Assembly: GCA_012295275.1 (NCBI GenBank)
Contig: CM022667.1
Span: 4,960,001-5,024,000 of the forward strand
Direction of reading: 5' to 3'
DNA: 64,000 nt
Source of the DNA: Chrysomallon squamiferum
Taxonomy: Eukaryota > Animalia > Mollusca
Part shown: positions 1 through 14,181 of the stretch, one piece after another
How the letters are laid out: the number at the start of each line of letters is the position of its first letter
How positions within the stretch are numbered: the first letter of the stretch is position 1
Made by a program: the position numbers and the translations under genes
Notes under the pieces: generated by a model
Database searches by the model: none
Seen by the model: only the letters and a program-made list of their open reading frames with translations
Told to the model about the DNA's origin: nothing

Positions 1-52
1 TTTTGTTAGGATACTTACCTACAAAAAAAGTCTTCAAATAAACACGCGTATG

Positions 53-164
<112 letters not shown>

Positions 165-296
165 GCTTGCTTTAATTTTGTCTATGAATCTGCTGAAATG
201 GGGAAATAGTTTCAAATAAAGATTTAAATTAAAAGAAAAGAAAAACTCCACATCTATTATTTTCAAGACGCCTAATCATCATCATCATCATCATCA

Positions 297-364
<68 letters not shown>

Positions 365-1303
365 TACAGAATGTTTGGAAGCCTTTTTATCGTTAGGTTT
401 CACACTACTATTTTTCTTTTGTATTTTAATAATTTTCTGATATTAAAGTTTACAAGGTCGTCTGAAGGTCTCCTAAAAGCGGGAATTAATTGCAGTCGGA
501 TACAGACGTGCTTTACGATCTAGCACTTAAAAATAAAATATGTTTGTCTGATTAATCGTTCTGGCATAAAGAGAAACTCGCGAAACGACGAGGCGTCACT
601 TTCCACCATTAAGTATTGGCACACTCGAAAGTTATGTCTTTTCAACCGTTTTCGTTCGTCTGCCACTAGACTGAAATTCTATCACGTTACGTGTGAATAA
701 AAGGCGCTGTATTGCTTAAGGTTGCTGTTCACAACTTAGGAGGGACGTGTATGTATGTGTGTCTGCGTATATGTACACATAAACACATATGCATTTTCAA
801 ATTAAAGTTAATTTTATGTAGTATTACAAACATACTGCGGAGTATAAAATTATTGGTGATGAACAGTTTTCTTGAATGAATGTGAATTTTATTATGTATT
901 CCAGTGGTATCTCTTTACGTTGTTCTTTCTATATTTTCATTATTTTATTTTTAATTTTTATTTTGATCAGAAAAATAAAACAGATCTATCGTATTTATTT
1001 ATTCGCTGTTGTTGTTGTTGTTGCGAACGTACATACAAGCAGTGAAAAACTAAACAAAAAAAAACAAGTATTATATTATATCATCAATATATTTATTTCA
1101 TTTTATTTGTTTAAAAACTTTAAGAAAAATAAAACAAACAAAATACTTCCTCAGTATTCATTCAACAAATGCAAATTCAAAATGGCGGAAGGATTGTCGT
1201 AATTGTCTCCGTTTTCATTCTGGATTGACGTCAGTGATTTTTTCTGCTGATTTTCCTTTAGATCGTCGAATGGAAAGAAAGAGATGGTTTAATGACCTCT
1301 CAG

Positions 1304-1366
1304 TCACAATTTAGACAGGTCACGTGCTGTCTGGTTGACATCAGGGACGGTCTTTGTCGGCATTTC
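1304..1366 (-). CDS. RBIS: RBIS-like coding exon 3 (terminal)
   Basis: cag|EMPTKTVPDVNQTARDLSKL*; resembles the RBIS C-terminus (PVNVDEATRLMALL). The spliced protein is 95 aa. Confidence 0.75.
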   Translation of the reverse strand, partial: EMPTKTVPDVNQTARDLSKL

Positions 1367-1675
1367 CTGTTTAATAATAATAATAATAGCTGTAGGTGTA
1401 GTAACAGTCGTAACAGAAGTAGCAGTTGTAGTAGCAGGAGCAATAGTGTAGTAGTTATAGAAGTATGATGTGCATATTAACGAAAATAATTATCATGAGG
1501 AATTTAATGATGATGATGGTGACGTATAGAATGATCATTCTAAATCATAAACTATTTTGATGATTTTTTTTCTTTTTGTGACAATGAAAGAAATCATTTT
1601 AAACTGATTTTTGTATAAGTAATCAAGCAAATTATATTAAACTAAATTAAATGATATATCTAAAGATTCTGTAAC

Positions 1676-1798
1676 CTTCATTTCTGTCTCTTTTGTTGTT
1701 TGTGGGTTTTCCTTCTTAGTTTGTGTCGTTATTGTCGTCTGCAGTTGTTTGAACGTTGAGTCTAACTCTTCCGTTTTCGATTTGTTGTGGAAATTCAA
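1676..1798 (-). CDS. RBIS: RBIS-like coding exon 2
   Basis: tag|LNFHNKSKTEELDSTFKQLQTTITTQTKKENPQTTKETEMK|gt; 123 bp, phase 0/0, in frame with the flanking exons. Confidence 0.75.
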
Positions 1799-2352
1799 CT
1801 AGCAACAGAAGAATTATTTTAAAAATATAAATTAATAAAAGAAAATAATAACAAAAATAAATTAATAACTTTAGGAAATCAACGCCCTTTATATTGATGA
1901 ATATTATTTATTTATTATTTTTTGGTTTATTTTTAATGACATGATTATACAATAGACTCTTGTATAAAGAAAATCGTTGGATATCGTCTATTGTAATGAC
2001 TATTTCTGTTTAATATAAATAAGAATATTAAAAAATATGACGAGTTTGATTAATACAGCATGCAGCATGCTAAATTATGTACTGAACGGACGGAGAGAGC
2101 ATTAATTCACAGGAAAACATCAAGGAAGTACGACCCATTAGACATAAAGGTAATGGCAGTGCAAAATGTAAAATTAATAATAAATATATTTTTTATTAGT
2201 TTCATATCATGTGTACGTTCCTATTTTCAAGTCATCATACCATTTCATTTTAGAAAAAAAAAAAAAAAAAACATACTTTAAAAGGTTTATGATGATAATT
2301 GCCAGACATTATGTTTGCTTTTGGTGAAGATCGCAATATAGCAATTACCTAC

Positions 2353-2454
2353 CTTTTTTAGATTTTTTGTAACCGGTTTCGTTTTCGATTTTTTCACTCC
2401 CGCTAATTTCTTTGGAGCTGATTTTTTGTTTTTCGATCCTCTGTTCTTGGCCAT
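2353..2454 (-). CDS. RBIS: Ribosomal biogenesis factor (C8orf59-like), coding exon 1
   Basis: MAKNRGSKNKKSAPKKLAGVKKSKTKPVTKNLKK, ending at a phase-0 GT donor. Resembles the RBIS N-terminus (MAKN...KPVTxNLKK). An AG acceptor lies just before the ATG. Confidence 0.8.
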
Positions 2455-2666
2455 TCTAAATTTCCTAAAAATAAAATTTGAATCCACATTTGTATTTTAC
2501 ATTTGTATTTTAACAAATATTTTTTTCAAAAGCTTCATGTGGTAATTTTATTAGAAGATAAAATCCAAAATTATCCTCATAAAAATTAATATAAGAAGAA
2601 AACGATTATACAAGAAAAACGCATGTTTGAAATTAATAATATCTGATTTAATTTGTTTCCTGATAA

Positions 2667-2699
<33 letters not shown>

Positions 2700-3207
2700 A
2701 AGAAATAAAAAAGAAAGAAAAAGAACGAAAAAAGGAGGAAAAAAAATTCCGAGCGACCACCTCAAAGAAACATGCCACATGAAAGCCCTTCCCAATAGAA
2801 TAATAATAATAAAAAAAATTCTAGGGACATCTTTGTTAAGAATAATAAGCGTTTGTGTATTTTTGAAATATTACAAGAAAACCCTTTTACAAGCCAAAAT
2901 CCCCATTAATAATTACACCTCGAATTCTTCCCTTTAAGTTAGCCTCATTACCGGTTTCTGAATTTAACTGTCCGCGTTTTAGCACAGTCCAACAACCTGT
3001 AGGTATTCGGCCGACGGTTTAACAGACACGTGTGTGTTTGTGCCTATCCGAGTATATAATGAAACGACAGCTATTTGATCATTTCTTTAAGATATCATTT
3101 GATGGTTATATAAACACGATGTGATGTTCTTATGATAAGTTTCTGTGTTACTTAATAAGGCCTTAACAATGATAATAACTTCCGAAAAACAAATCTTCAT
3201 TGTTTAC

Positions 3208-3240
3208 CTTGTCTGCCGCAACTTCCTCCAACTGTAATGA
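3208..3240 (-). other. Probable non-coding 5' UTR exon of the RBIS-like gene
   Basis: Minus strand reads ggaagttgcggcagacaag|gtaaac (donor), which can pair with the acceptor just before the RBIS ATG. The upstream boundary is uncertain. Confidence 0.4.
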
Positions 3241-3395
3241 GTGAACCACACTTTCTGTTCGTATCTACTCGTGTTTTATTACGTTTTTCTTTTTACTTAA
3301 AAGTAATGCGCTACTATTCTTATTAAGCCGTTATATTTGAAACGGTTTAAAGTAGTTTGTATTCGTTCTTTTAAAAGTGTGACGCCATTAATATG

Positions 3396-3426
<31 letters not shown>

Positions 3427-4933
3427 TAGTTTGTAAAGATGGCTTCAGTTCAAGAATTTAACAGATCAGATAAAAAAAAAAAAAAAAAAATCTGTACTCA
3501 ACTTGAAACAGTCAGAGTTAGGTAACTTTGTTCGCTATATTATATTTCCTTCCTTATTTAAGCATTTGTGAAATAAAGTATATCCAATTATTCTGATATT
3601 TATTCTTTACCAGTTATAAACACGTAATCAATTATCTACATGAGTAACTCTTACTGATAAATATCAAACAATAATTTGTGTATTATATATATAATTATTA
3701 TTATTTTTATTTTTTATAATAATAATAATAATGATGATGATGATGATGATGATGATGGTAATAACAACAGAAACCAGTACTCATACAAACATAACTACCT
3801 AGGTTTACTTATGAACGTACTTGCAAATCCGGACGGCCTGTTTTGAATATTTCACAGCAGGTGTTACTTATTAAGTCGCTGGCTTCAAGACATTTTTTTT
3901 AATTTTTTTTTAAATTTACGCGTGTTGTAATTTGGCCCCAGTCGTGCGTAAAGTACGTTTTTTTTTCTTTTTTTTTTCTTTACAGGTAATGAATATTCGA
4001 AATTCTCCCTCAATTCAGTCCGTAATCAAGAAATAAATGTATCATAAATTTTACACGTCTAAACTTTTGAGCACGGTGAATAGTCTGCATATTGATACTG
4101 GAAGGCTTTTAGAACTAATTTCATAAAAGGATCCCCCGTCTCTTTCGTACCGGCTGAAATTCGCTTTATTAGCTCGGTAGGTGGCGCTGTAGCAGCGTAT
4201 ACCAACATACAGATACATTGTTGTTCAAAAAGAAAACAAATATCTCGAATGTCTCTGAAATGTTTGAGTAAGCCCAGCAGGATTCCTCAATCTGTGACCC
4301 GAAACTTTTTAATACAACTGCCTATGGTTGCATGCTATGCTGTCTATATAGGAATTTCTATTGACATATATTAAAGGAGAAAAAAACACACACACACACA
4401 CATATATATATCCTCACAAATTCTTAACGCTTCGGGGGTTTCACATAAGAAGCGCTTTATAAAGGTCCGGAATTTGACAACATGAAAACGACGCCTGGTC
4501 TCTACCCAAATATTGCGTGGTCATTGAAATAAATTTTGGATGGTTTTTAATCGTCGCCTCTAACCAAAAAGCGAACTCGAAAACCGCATATAAAAGCCTG
4601 AAGAAATCTTAATAATAACAAAAAAAGAAGACGGGGGAAAAAAGCTCGTCTGCAATTGTAGTTTTTAAAATCAACATAGCCTGACGTTCGACTGTTTGCT
4701 TATAGCGAGGCATAACGCTTGGTATCAGTGACGTATTGCTCAGGCGGCGCTTCACGAGAGGTGGAAACTAAATGACTAGTGAGTAAAGTCAGGTTGAACG
4801 GAAAGCAGTTAGTTCTGCTGGCTGGAAAGATGGAGCGCGTTTTTCTTCGTTTCACCTGATGTTTGTTAAGATGAGAGGAACTTACTGCCACTAAGCGGGT
4901 TAATGAACGGATACCACAGACTATAGCATCGCC

Positions 4934-4991
4934 ATGGAATGTCGTCTTGTCGTCATTGTCGCAGTAACAGCGTTCGTCTGCATTTCGACAG
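4934..4991 (+). CDS. Signal-peptide exon of the beta-lactamase-family/BTRD1 protein
   Basis: gccATGG start; MECRLVVIVAVTAFVCIST-G followed by the donor gtgaga. The phase-1 donor matches the phase-1 acceptor at 20701/20702 and restores the open frame. Confidence 0.7.
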
Positions 4992-5071
4992 GTGAGATAC
5001 CCGACTAATATTTATAAAAAAAAAAAAAAAAAAAAAAAAGAAAATAATTGTTGTAGTAGTTCTTCTTTCGT

Positions 5072-5108
<37 letters not shown>

Positions 5109-6069
5109 ATAAAATAAAATAAAAATATTAAAAATACTTTTAGGTGCTGTAAGTCATACATTCATACATTTTCGGTTCTTTTTAATTATAATTATTTATT
5201 TATTTATTATTATTATTTTGTTGTTGTTCCGTTTATTTTATTACACACAGTAAAGAAATGTCTGTTTACCATTCATTTGTTATTTGGAAATATTATCCTT
5301 TTTAAAAAAAAAAAAAAGTAAAAAACATTTTTAATTTAATTTTTTTTAAAAATTATTATTATTTAAAAACAAAAAAAGAAGCTTTTTTCCAAATAGCTGA
5401 AAAACAATGTCAATAAAATGTAACATAAGTTGATCTCCAACAACAACTACTAATAATACAAAATAAAAGTTTCACCACCTTTACCACAACTGCTGTTTTT
5501 ACTATACTACAACAATAACGATAATTACTACTACTACTACTTCAGTAGTGACATTATTATTACTAAGACTATCTTATTTTAGAAATTATTTATAATTATT
5601 TAATTAACTGCAACAACAACAACAACAATAATAGCAGCAGCGATAAAGTTATCATTATTATCGTCATCATCATCATCATCATCAACTTCTCTTTCCGACG
5701 GATTTTCAGAAATGTGTAAAATATATTCTCCGTGTCTTTTTGAAAATGATGTAGAATAAGAAAGTTTATTTAGCTGGGTGTTTGATTTTCTGTTCTTGAT
5801 GATTGTTAGTGAAACCTACACTGTGATCGGGACATCTGTCGTTCAGACACAGTGAAACTATTTAACTGCGTGTTCTGATGTTGCAGGTGTGCTGCAGCCT
5901 TTATCTGGTGAATATGAACAATTATATTAATGTGAAATGGATAGAGAGATTTTATGTCCTTTCTGCGACTCGAGCTGAATTAAATAGCAGTTCAGTTCGA
6001 GGTGTTTCACAGAGAAATCGGATCTGTTTGAACCTTTCTCTTTTTTGTATTATTTATTTATTGTTTTTT

Positions 6070-6112
<43 letters not shown>

Positions 6113-7159
6113 TTTGAAACAACAGTAGGTCCGATTCATTATTCTTTTGGTGTTTAAATGGTATTCGATCTGTTGTATGTTTTTAATTGTTTTATTTATT
6201 TTCTTTAATATAATGGGGGTTTTCAGTAAATAAATTGAAATGAAATTTAAGAAAACTAAAAGTTTTAAAAACATTACTGTAAAAACTTAACACCGCAAAC
6301 TTCATGTCAAGTTTTAAATTGATAACGTGACTAACAAATATTATGTTTTAAATACAATAAAATTAATTTAAAAAAAAAATAATTACTAAAGAATTATAAA
6401 GACAGTTTGATGAAATTCAGATACTTGATTGCGTAATTTAACATCAGAAAAAAAAGAAAAGAAAGAATTGTGAATATTGCTGATTCATTCTCTCTCTCTC
6501 TGATTCTTCTTATCATTATTACTACTATTATTTTTATAATATATATATCGATTTGTTTCAATTCAAATTGATTTTATTAAGTTCATTAACATCATTTAAA
6601 TAAATATTAATTTAATGAAAAAAAGAAGTAAAAAAAAAAAAATCCTAAAAAACCCTATAATCTGTATTTGCGTCATAGCTTTCGTTTTCCAAGTTATTTT
6701 GGCTTTTGAGAATCCATTGTTGCCAAGAAAAGCTTAGAGCGACACTAATTTGCTAAAAGTTTTCCACATGTCTTAAATCCCCCCCCAACAAACTTTCTTA
6801 ACTCTGTACCGACAAGAAAACCTGCTGCCTATCAGTTATCATTTCCATAATAACAATAATAACAGCAACACTGAAGCTCTGGTATGAAATCACTATGCAC
6901 GTTATTCAGTCCCTTTAGTTCGTTATTACAGACCGTCTACGCCCCTATGACGCCCCACCGACCCCTCCCCGAAACCGCCCCTCGCGTTCCTGGCATAATA
7001 GTTAATTGTGTGGTTGTATATTTAAAAAGAAAAAGCCACGTGTTGAGGAGTGCTGTGTAATTCTAACGTAGTCTGTTCACCTGTCTGAAGTTACGAGCCA
7101 AGCTATTTTCTTACCTCATTTCATATCTTCGTAAGGATGTCTAAACCTTCCTTATTCAT

Positions 7160-7210
<51 letters not shown>

Positions 7211-7274
7211 GTGTTATTATTGTTGTTGTTGTTGATGATTACGATGTCGTTGTAGTGACGTTATTATTATTATT

Positions 7275-7317
<43 letters not shown>

Positions 7318-7620
7318 CAAGTCAGATAATCGAAAAATTACGTTAACTGTGACAAACAATTACTAAATTACTATTATTGTTGTTGTTATTGTTATTGTCA
7401 TTGTTATTATTATGTTGTTGAATTTTGATGTATCTGTTGTTGTTGTTATCGTTGTTGTCGTCGTTATTGTTGTATTATTACCACCGTTCTTACTTCAGTT
7501 ACACTGTTGTTTGCTATCAAATTCGGTTCGCCTACATTTTATTGACTTAAAATACTCGAGTTTCTTTTAATCCAGATAATAATGATAATCAGCTGATTCA
7601 TTGTCCCAAAATAACAAACA

Positions 7621-7668
<48 letters not shown>

Positions 7669-10465
7669 ATGAAATGTCACAGAATTTTTGTTGAAGTACA
7701 TCATACAGCCTAAGTTTCTTCAGGAAATTGTAATAAAATAAGAGGGGAGAACAGGACGAATAAACAAAAAAAGATTCTATCAAAATAATAAATAAATAAG
7801 AAAGAAATCAATGAAAGAATAAAGAAAAGAAAAATCAACAACAACAACAACAATAATAATAATAATAATAATGATAAAAAAAGTAATAGTAATAGTAATA
7901 ATAATAGTAATAGTAATAATAATAGTAACAGTAATAGTAATAGTAATAATAATAGTAATAGTAATAGTAACAGTAACAGTAATAGTAATAAGAATAATCA
8001 TAAATGATTATTAAAAAAAATAATAATAATGAAAAAAATAAAACTTAAATTAAACTAACGTGTTTTTTATCAGTTATTTTGTCGCTGTGTAACATACCAT
8101 TTCGCACATTAATGTCACACGTGTCCAAATGAGATAAAATATCAGTTTATATCTGTTTTGGCAAACAAACGCGAAACGTGTCTAAACATCGTAATTACTG
8201 TCTGAATTGTTGCACAGGTCACCGTGACCGTCACATAGTAATTAGCATATTAATGTTTCTTACAGCCGACTTACTATTTAATCTTTTTAAAAAATCCGAT
8301 ATGTAAATATTCGAACCATCGCGTCCTGACTTTTGTATTATAATTGTAATTACAAATATTATTATTGTTGTGATTGTGATTGTGATTGTTATTGTTATTG
8401 TTATTGTTATTGTTATTATAATATAAAAATGAGTAATTGAATATTCATATTCGTATAGTCAAAAATGAGAGGAGACAGAAAACAGAATTTTTTTTCCCAG
8501 GTTCTGCTTTTTCTTTTTATTTCCTATTTGTTTGTGGAAACGTTGTCGCAGTTTGATACATTCAGAGAAATTTCACACACACACTGACGACGTTAAGCGC
8601 TACATAGCTGACAGATGTTTGTGGGGACAGAATATAAACGAACTGAATGGACTGGACCCAGGGTGACCGATTTCGCTTCAGGCTAGTCCTGCCATGAAAA
8701 TTTCATTTTAGAACGAGAACTGCAGTTTCAAAATCACATGACTTTGCGTCCCGGTTTCGTCCCGATATAGAAAATGAGTTAGGTTTCATGACCAACACGA
8801 TATAGGCTATATATAGTTCTGAAATATATCATAATATACGCATTACGTTGAAAACTATTGTTATTGTATGTTCTGAGATATTGTTATATTTTTTTTTCGT
8901 CATTTTTCTTTTTTCCCTTCATTATTTTCTTTTTTCTTTCTTTTTCAATTCATTCTTTCTTTCTTGTTTGCGTTGTTGTTAATGTTTAAGAATGATTCAG
9001 CAAAATCTGTGGTCTTTCGGCTAACTGAAGTTCAGTTTACATTGTTAACATTTATCTGTCAGAATTTCTGAATCTCTGTTTCTCACAATGTCGACACTTG
9101 TATATATGTACAGGCTTCAGTTATATACATATATATAAATATATATATATATATATGTCTATGTATGTATCTTTGTATGTATGTATGTGTGTATGTATAT
9201 ATGTATGTATGTGTATATATGTATGTATGTATGTATGTATGTTTGAATGTATGTGTATGTATGTATGTATGTATGTATGTAGTATGTATGTTGTGTCTGT
9301 GTGTAATGTCTGTGTGTCTGTGTGTCTGTGTGTCTGTGTGTGTGTCTGTGTCTGTGTGTCTGTGTCTGCGTGTCTGTACATCCGTTGCCTGCAGGGAGGC
9401 AGCACGACAGTCTCTGTCTTTCTAACGAGACGCAAATTCCAGAAGCGACTCGAACACAGTTTTCTCAAGCACGTCGTCGACGACGTGAGGGGCGGTGACG
9501 CTACACAATGTGACGTTGTCGCATCTCTGTTTGTCTTCACCGTCCGAGTCGTGGCTCTTTATCTTCCACGTGAATAGATCGTCTGTCAAGTTTGTATAAC
9601 GCGTGTTTAGAAAATATGCCGCTCAAAAGACTGTACTAATGGTACTTGGATACATTTATTCAGTGTGTCAGAAAGAAGAAAGATGCCTTTAAGTTCGCCA
9701 GTCTGTGTTGGTTTTTGTGCGGACACAAAGCAGACATTTCATGAAGCCTCTTGAAGAACTTCTTCCAGATGTTTGTGTACGATCTCTCGTCTGCCGAATT
9801 GTCGTGTTGTTTGTTAACGGAAAGAAAACGAAAAGACTTTGGTTCTGTCGTACGTGTTGAAATTTCTCTCGTGGACATCAGCATTTCCCGTTCTAGAGTT
9901 AACGCCAGAGTGGTTTAATCTAATTTATATTATTTTATAGGAGCTTTTGATCATACAATAATAAACAAATATCGCCAATACTGTATTTAAAAAATTTTTT
10001 TTTATATATTTTTAAATAGGTCTATAAACTGTTCTAAGCTTTCTTAAATAAATAAATAAACAGACAGACACACATACAGTCGGACAGACGGATAGATATG
10101 TAGATAAGATTGCTTTAACTGAACTAAACGAATATTTCATATAAACCAGACTATGCTGATAATAAAGTGAGGCAATGATTTCCTGACAGTTTACTGATGT
10201 TGCTATTTCTTCCTCGTGTGCTGATGTTTTTATGTGATGCAGAGAAACGAGAAAGAAAAGAAAATGTGTTAAACTGACAGGCGCGTCACCTGTCTTCTCC
10301 AGTTTTTTACTTTTTTTCTGAGCACCAGTGTAAAAAATCAAAGATGTTTATTTTTAGTATGTTCTTTATTTAACTTTTTCTTTTGTTTTTGTGTGTTCAA
10401 TCGTGTTTTATTTTTTATTTTTATTTTTTCGTAACGATGCGTTGTCAGTGCTGGTTTGTACCTTT

Positions 10466-10665
10466 ATTTTCTTTCTTTTCCTTCTTTTAACTTGTTTAAG
10501 AATAAATAGAAAAAAAAAAAAACATTTCTGTTTAAGGCGTAAGAAAAACAAGTTTTCGAATTTTTTTTACCCGTTTTGTTATACTCGTGACAATGCTTTA
10601 TGATCAACAAAGCATGATTTCAACAAAAATATTTAGCATATTTTTATATATCTATGTACGTACGT
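10466..10665 (+). repeat. Interspersed repeat, copy A (inverted copy at 24050-24243)
   Basis: ~190 bp including catttctgtttaaggcgtaagaaaaacaa and tgctttatgatcaacaaagcatgatttcaac; matches the reverse complement of 24050-24243. Confidence 0.85.
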
Positions 10666-10726
10666 ATGTATGTATATATGTATATGTTTGTATGTTTGTA
10701 TATATGTGTGTTTGTATATGTATGTA

Positions 10727-10793
<67 letters not shown>

Positions 10794-11669
10794 CAAGACA
10801 GGATGAGATAAATAAAAATTACGACGTCTTTCTAAAAGGCATCACGTGACTGACACATATTCACTTGAAATTCATCTACGGTTATAAATATTCCGCAAGT
10901 CTTTCTGGCATATTAAATCACTCACATTTAAATGCATCTAAAAACTATCGCTGCGGGGTGTTTCAAAGTAATTGTGAGTATAAAAGCACTTTATGACATG
11001 AATAAATTATCTTTCAGCCTTTGCTAGGCTAAGTGATGACTATAATACACGCACATATATCAGAAGCTTTCAAAGATCATTTAACTGTATGAAACAGATT
11101 CGTCTGGCTGGTTCTGGTTTCATATATATATATATATATATATATTAGAAACGTTTTAGGCAAAGTGGTATTTCAGTGAAAAGTCACGTATTGTAACAAA
11201 AAAACCCAGTGTTAATGATTACTGGACTTCGGATATAATAAACCTGTATTATACACACGCATACAAACACACATGAACACACACGCATACAAACACACGA
11301 ACATGCATGGGATAGATGACAGGCAGAAAAACTTTATGTCACAAATTAAATTGTTTTCATTTACAAGCAGTTTTTCTTCTTTCTTCTTCTTCCCTTCATT
11401 TTTAAAAAGCGGGTAAAATTCTAAAGTTACCTACTTTGATGCATACATACATACACACACACACAAACTCACACACACACACAAACATACACACTTTTAA
11501 TATAAAAACTAGAACTTACAGCATTTTAAAAAATAATTTCTTCTGTTATTTACATTATGCAGGCGGAAAACAGAAATTTACATAAATAATAAATAATTCA
11601 GTAAACTGAATCTTTCAAAATGTGTAACGCAATAACGAAGCAATTAGTAAATTCTGCTAAAATAGTCAA

Positions 11670-11700
<31 letters not shown>

Positions 11701-11713
11701 GGAAAAGAAAGAA

Positions 11714-11756
<43 letters not shown>

Positions 11757-12332
11757 AGAGTAAACCAAATAAAAAATTCAAAAAGTTATTGAAATCAAAA
11801 TAAAGAGAAAGACAAATCAAATGAGAAATATATCGGTGGGAGATTGTAACAGTAAACTTCACGTTCACACGTTTAACGGTTCAACAAACGATTTCAGTGG
11901 CAAAGCTGTTAGAAACGTAATTTCAAATAGAAAAATAAATAAAAGCAAGAAAGCGAGGAAGAAAATTAAGAAAAGGAAAGTTACAAAATTTAGTTTTAAT
12001 TCGTTTAACACGTGCGCGACGGCAACAACTGCAGCAGACGTCAATTAAAATGTAACCACCTGCAGAAAGCGAGTCTGAGCCGCGTCACTGGAGTGTAGAG
12101 TTCTGGGAGTTAACAACGCAAGCGATATCGCAGTCACTACCTGGGTGGGGGAGGCACTTGATACTGGTGATAGATTTATACGAGGAGTGAGAGAAATAGG
12201 TTGTACGTTCACGGTGCACATGCACTATTTGTTAAGATCTGACTGGGTTTTTTTTGTACCCGTATTATATACCAAAAAAAAAAAAAGATTAGTGCAGTAC
12301 TTTATATGAATGATGTAAAATAAATTTGGTAT

Positions 12333-12428
<96 letters not shown>

Positions 12429-12859
12429 GTTTCTTTTTCTCGTTCGGGGTTGGACTGCCCCTGATTATAAAAAAACAACAACAACAAAACAAGATTAAGC
12501 AACGTGTAACACTGTACATTAACCAATTAGTCTAGTGCGTGTACAGAATGTATTATGTTCGCGTGTTTGTGTGTTGCGGTCGCTTTGTCAAGTATATGAC
12601 ACCTCTACAATCCAATAACAAAAACTGTCAATGGTTATCACGTATTCTTACGTTCAGCTACTTGTATCTGATTAAAGATCATTAAAATACCACACCCATT
12701 GTTAGTATTCTCATTTACAAATGTATTATTGTATGTGTGTGTCTGTGCGAGTATGAGTGTTTACATGTTCTTGGCGTCAGATTCCAATAAATCGTTTTCG
12801 TACCTTTCAGCCATTTTCGATTTACATCATACGGTTGAACAAATGATTAAGATGTTGGG

Positions 12860-12900
<41 letters not shown>

Positions 12901-13298
12901 TTCTATCACTGTAAATAAGTACCGTGACGACAAAAGACCAACTTATTTAAGAAATAATTCCACACAGTTGGAGACGCGTTCAAAGATAAAATTCTCTGCG
13001 ATTATGAAACAAGCAAATATCGAAAAGGCTTAGCTGCTTGTATAGATTACGGGCAGATATCTGGACGCCCGTACACGAGGGTACATTCCTGGCGTGACAC
13101 GAGTGCTGCGTAGTCCACGGTTTGGTGACGAACGAGGCTACGTGTAAGACGTTAAGCAAGGAGACAACGAGTCTAAGTCGGTGAGCCTGCTAAGTCGGGC
13201 AGAAGTAATTAGTTTGATGCACGACTTACGGATTGTTTCACTCCGCCTGTCTTCCAGCTATTTAGTCGCTGCTCTTTCGTCGGATGAAGGGTTAATCC

Positions 13299-13720
13299 GC
13301 GGTACAAGCTCCCCGTTAATTTTAAACAGTTACGTAAAGAGCCGAGGTACTAACTCCCCGTTAATTTTAAACAGTTTACGTAAAGAGCCGAGGTACTAGC
13401 TCCACGTTAATTTTAAACATTTACGTAAAGAGCCGAGGTACTAACTCCCCGTTAATTTTAAACAGTTATACGTAAAGAGCCGAGGTACTAGCTCCACGTT
13501 AATTTTAAACATTTACGTAAAGAGCCGAGGTACTAACTCCCCGTTAATTTTAAACAGTTATACGTAAAGAGCCGAGGTACTAACTCCCCGTTAATTTTAA
13601 ACAGTTATACGTAAAGAGCCGAGGTACTAACTCCCCGTTAATTTTAAACAGTTATACGTAAAGAGCCGAGGTACTAGCTCCCCGTTAATTTTAAACAGTT
13701 TACGTAAAGAGCCGAGGTAG
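13299..13720. repeat. Minisatellite, ~46-47 bp unit x ~9
   Basis: Unit ccgaggtactaactccccgttaattttaaacagttatacgtaaagag, repeated head-to-tail with few substitutions. Confidence 0.95.
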
Positions 13721-14067
13721 GAGGTATGTAAAAGGATGACGGAAGACGGGAACAAACAATGGTAGAATGACTTGTGAACGGAAGGAAAGACAGATGGAAG
13801 TAATGAAAGAGGGATGAAAGGAAAAAGGCAGTTTGAATGAAAGAAAGATGAAAGGAACAAAGGACAAATCGAATGAAAGAAGGATGAAAGGAGCGAAGAA
13901 CTGAGTGAATGAAAGATAATTAAGGAAAACGTTTATCTGAACAAACTGTCTCGTTGTAATGAATTATTAGACTCAGGGCTCTGATTAGACTTGTAATTCA
14001 TTCCTAATTTACTGTGTACACAGATGTTGCTAAACAGTTTAATAAATCAGTCTTTCTCTTGTAACTG

Positions 14068-14181
<114 letters not shown>

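Noticed and set aside
11-20. ATACTTACCT resembling the 5' end of U1 snRNA
   Set aside because: No U1 body follows; it is just the reverse complement of a splice donor.
9098-9577. ORFs of 139-159 aa (and many similar SLSL, ERER, CVCV, IIII ORFs across the window)
   Set aside because: Translations of microsatellites with no coding signal.
13299-13720. CRISPR-like array
   Set aside because: Head-to-tail repeats without unique spacers, no cas genes, eukaryotic context.
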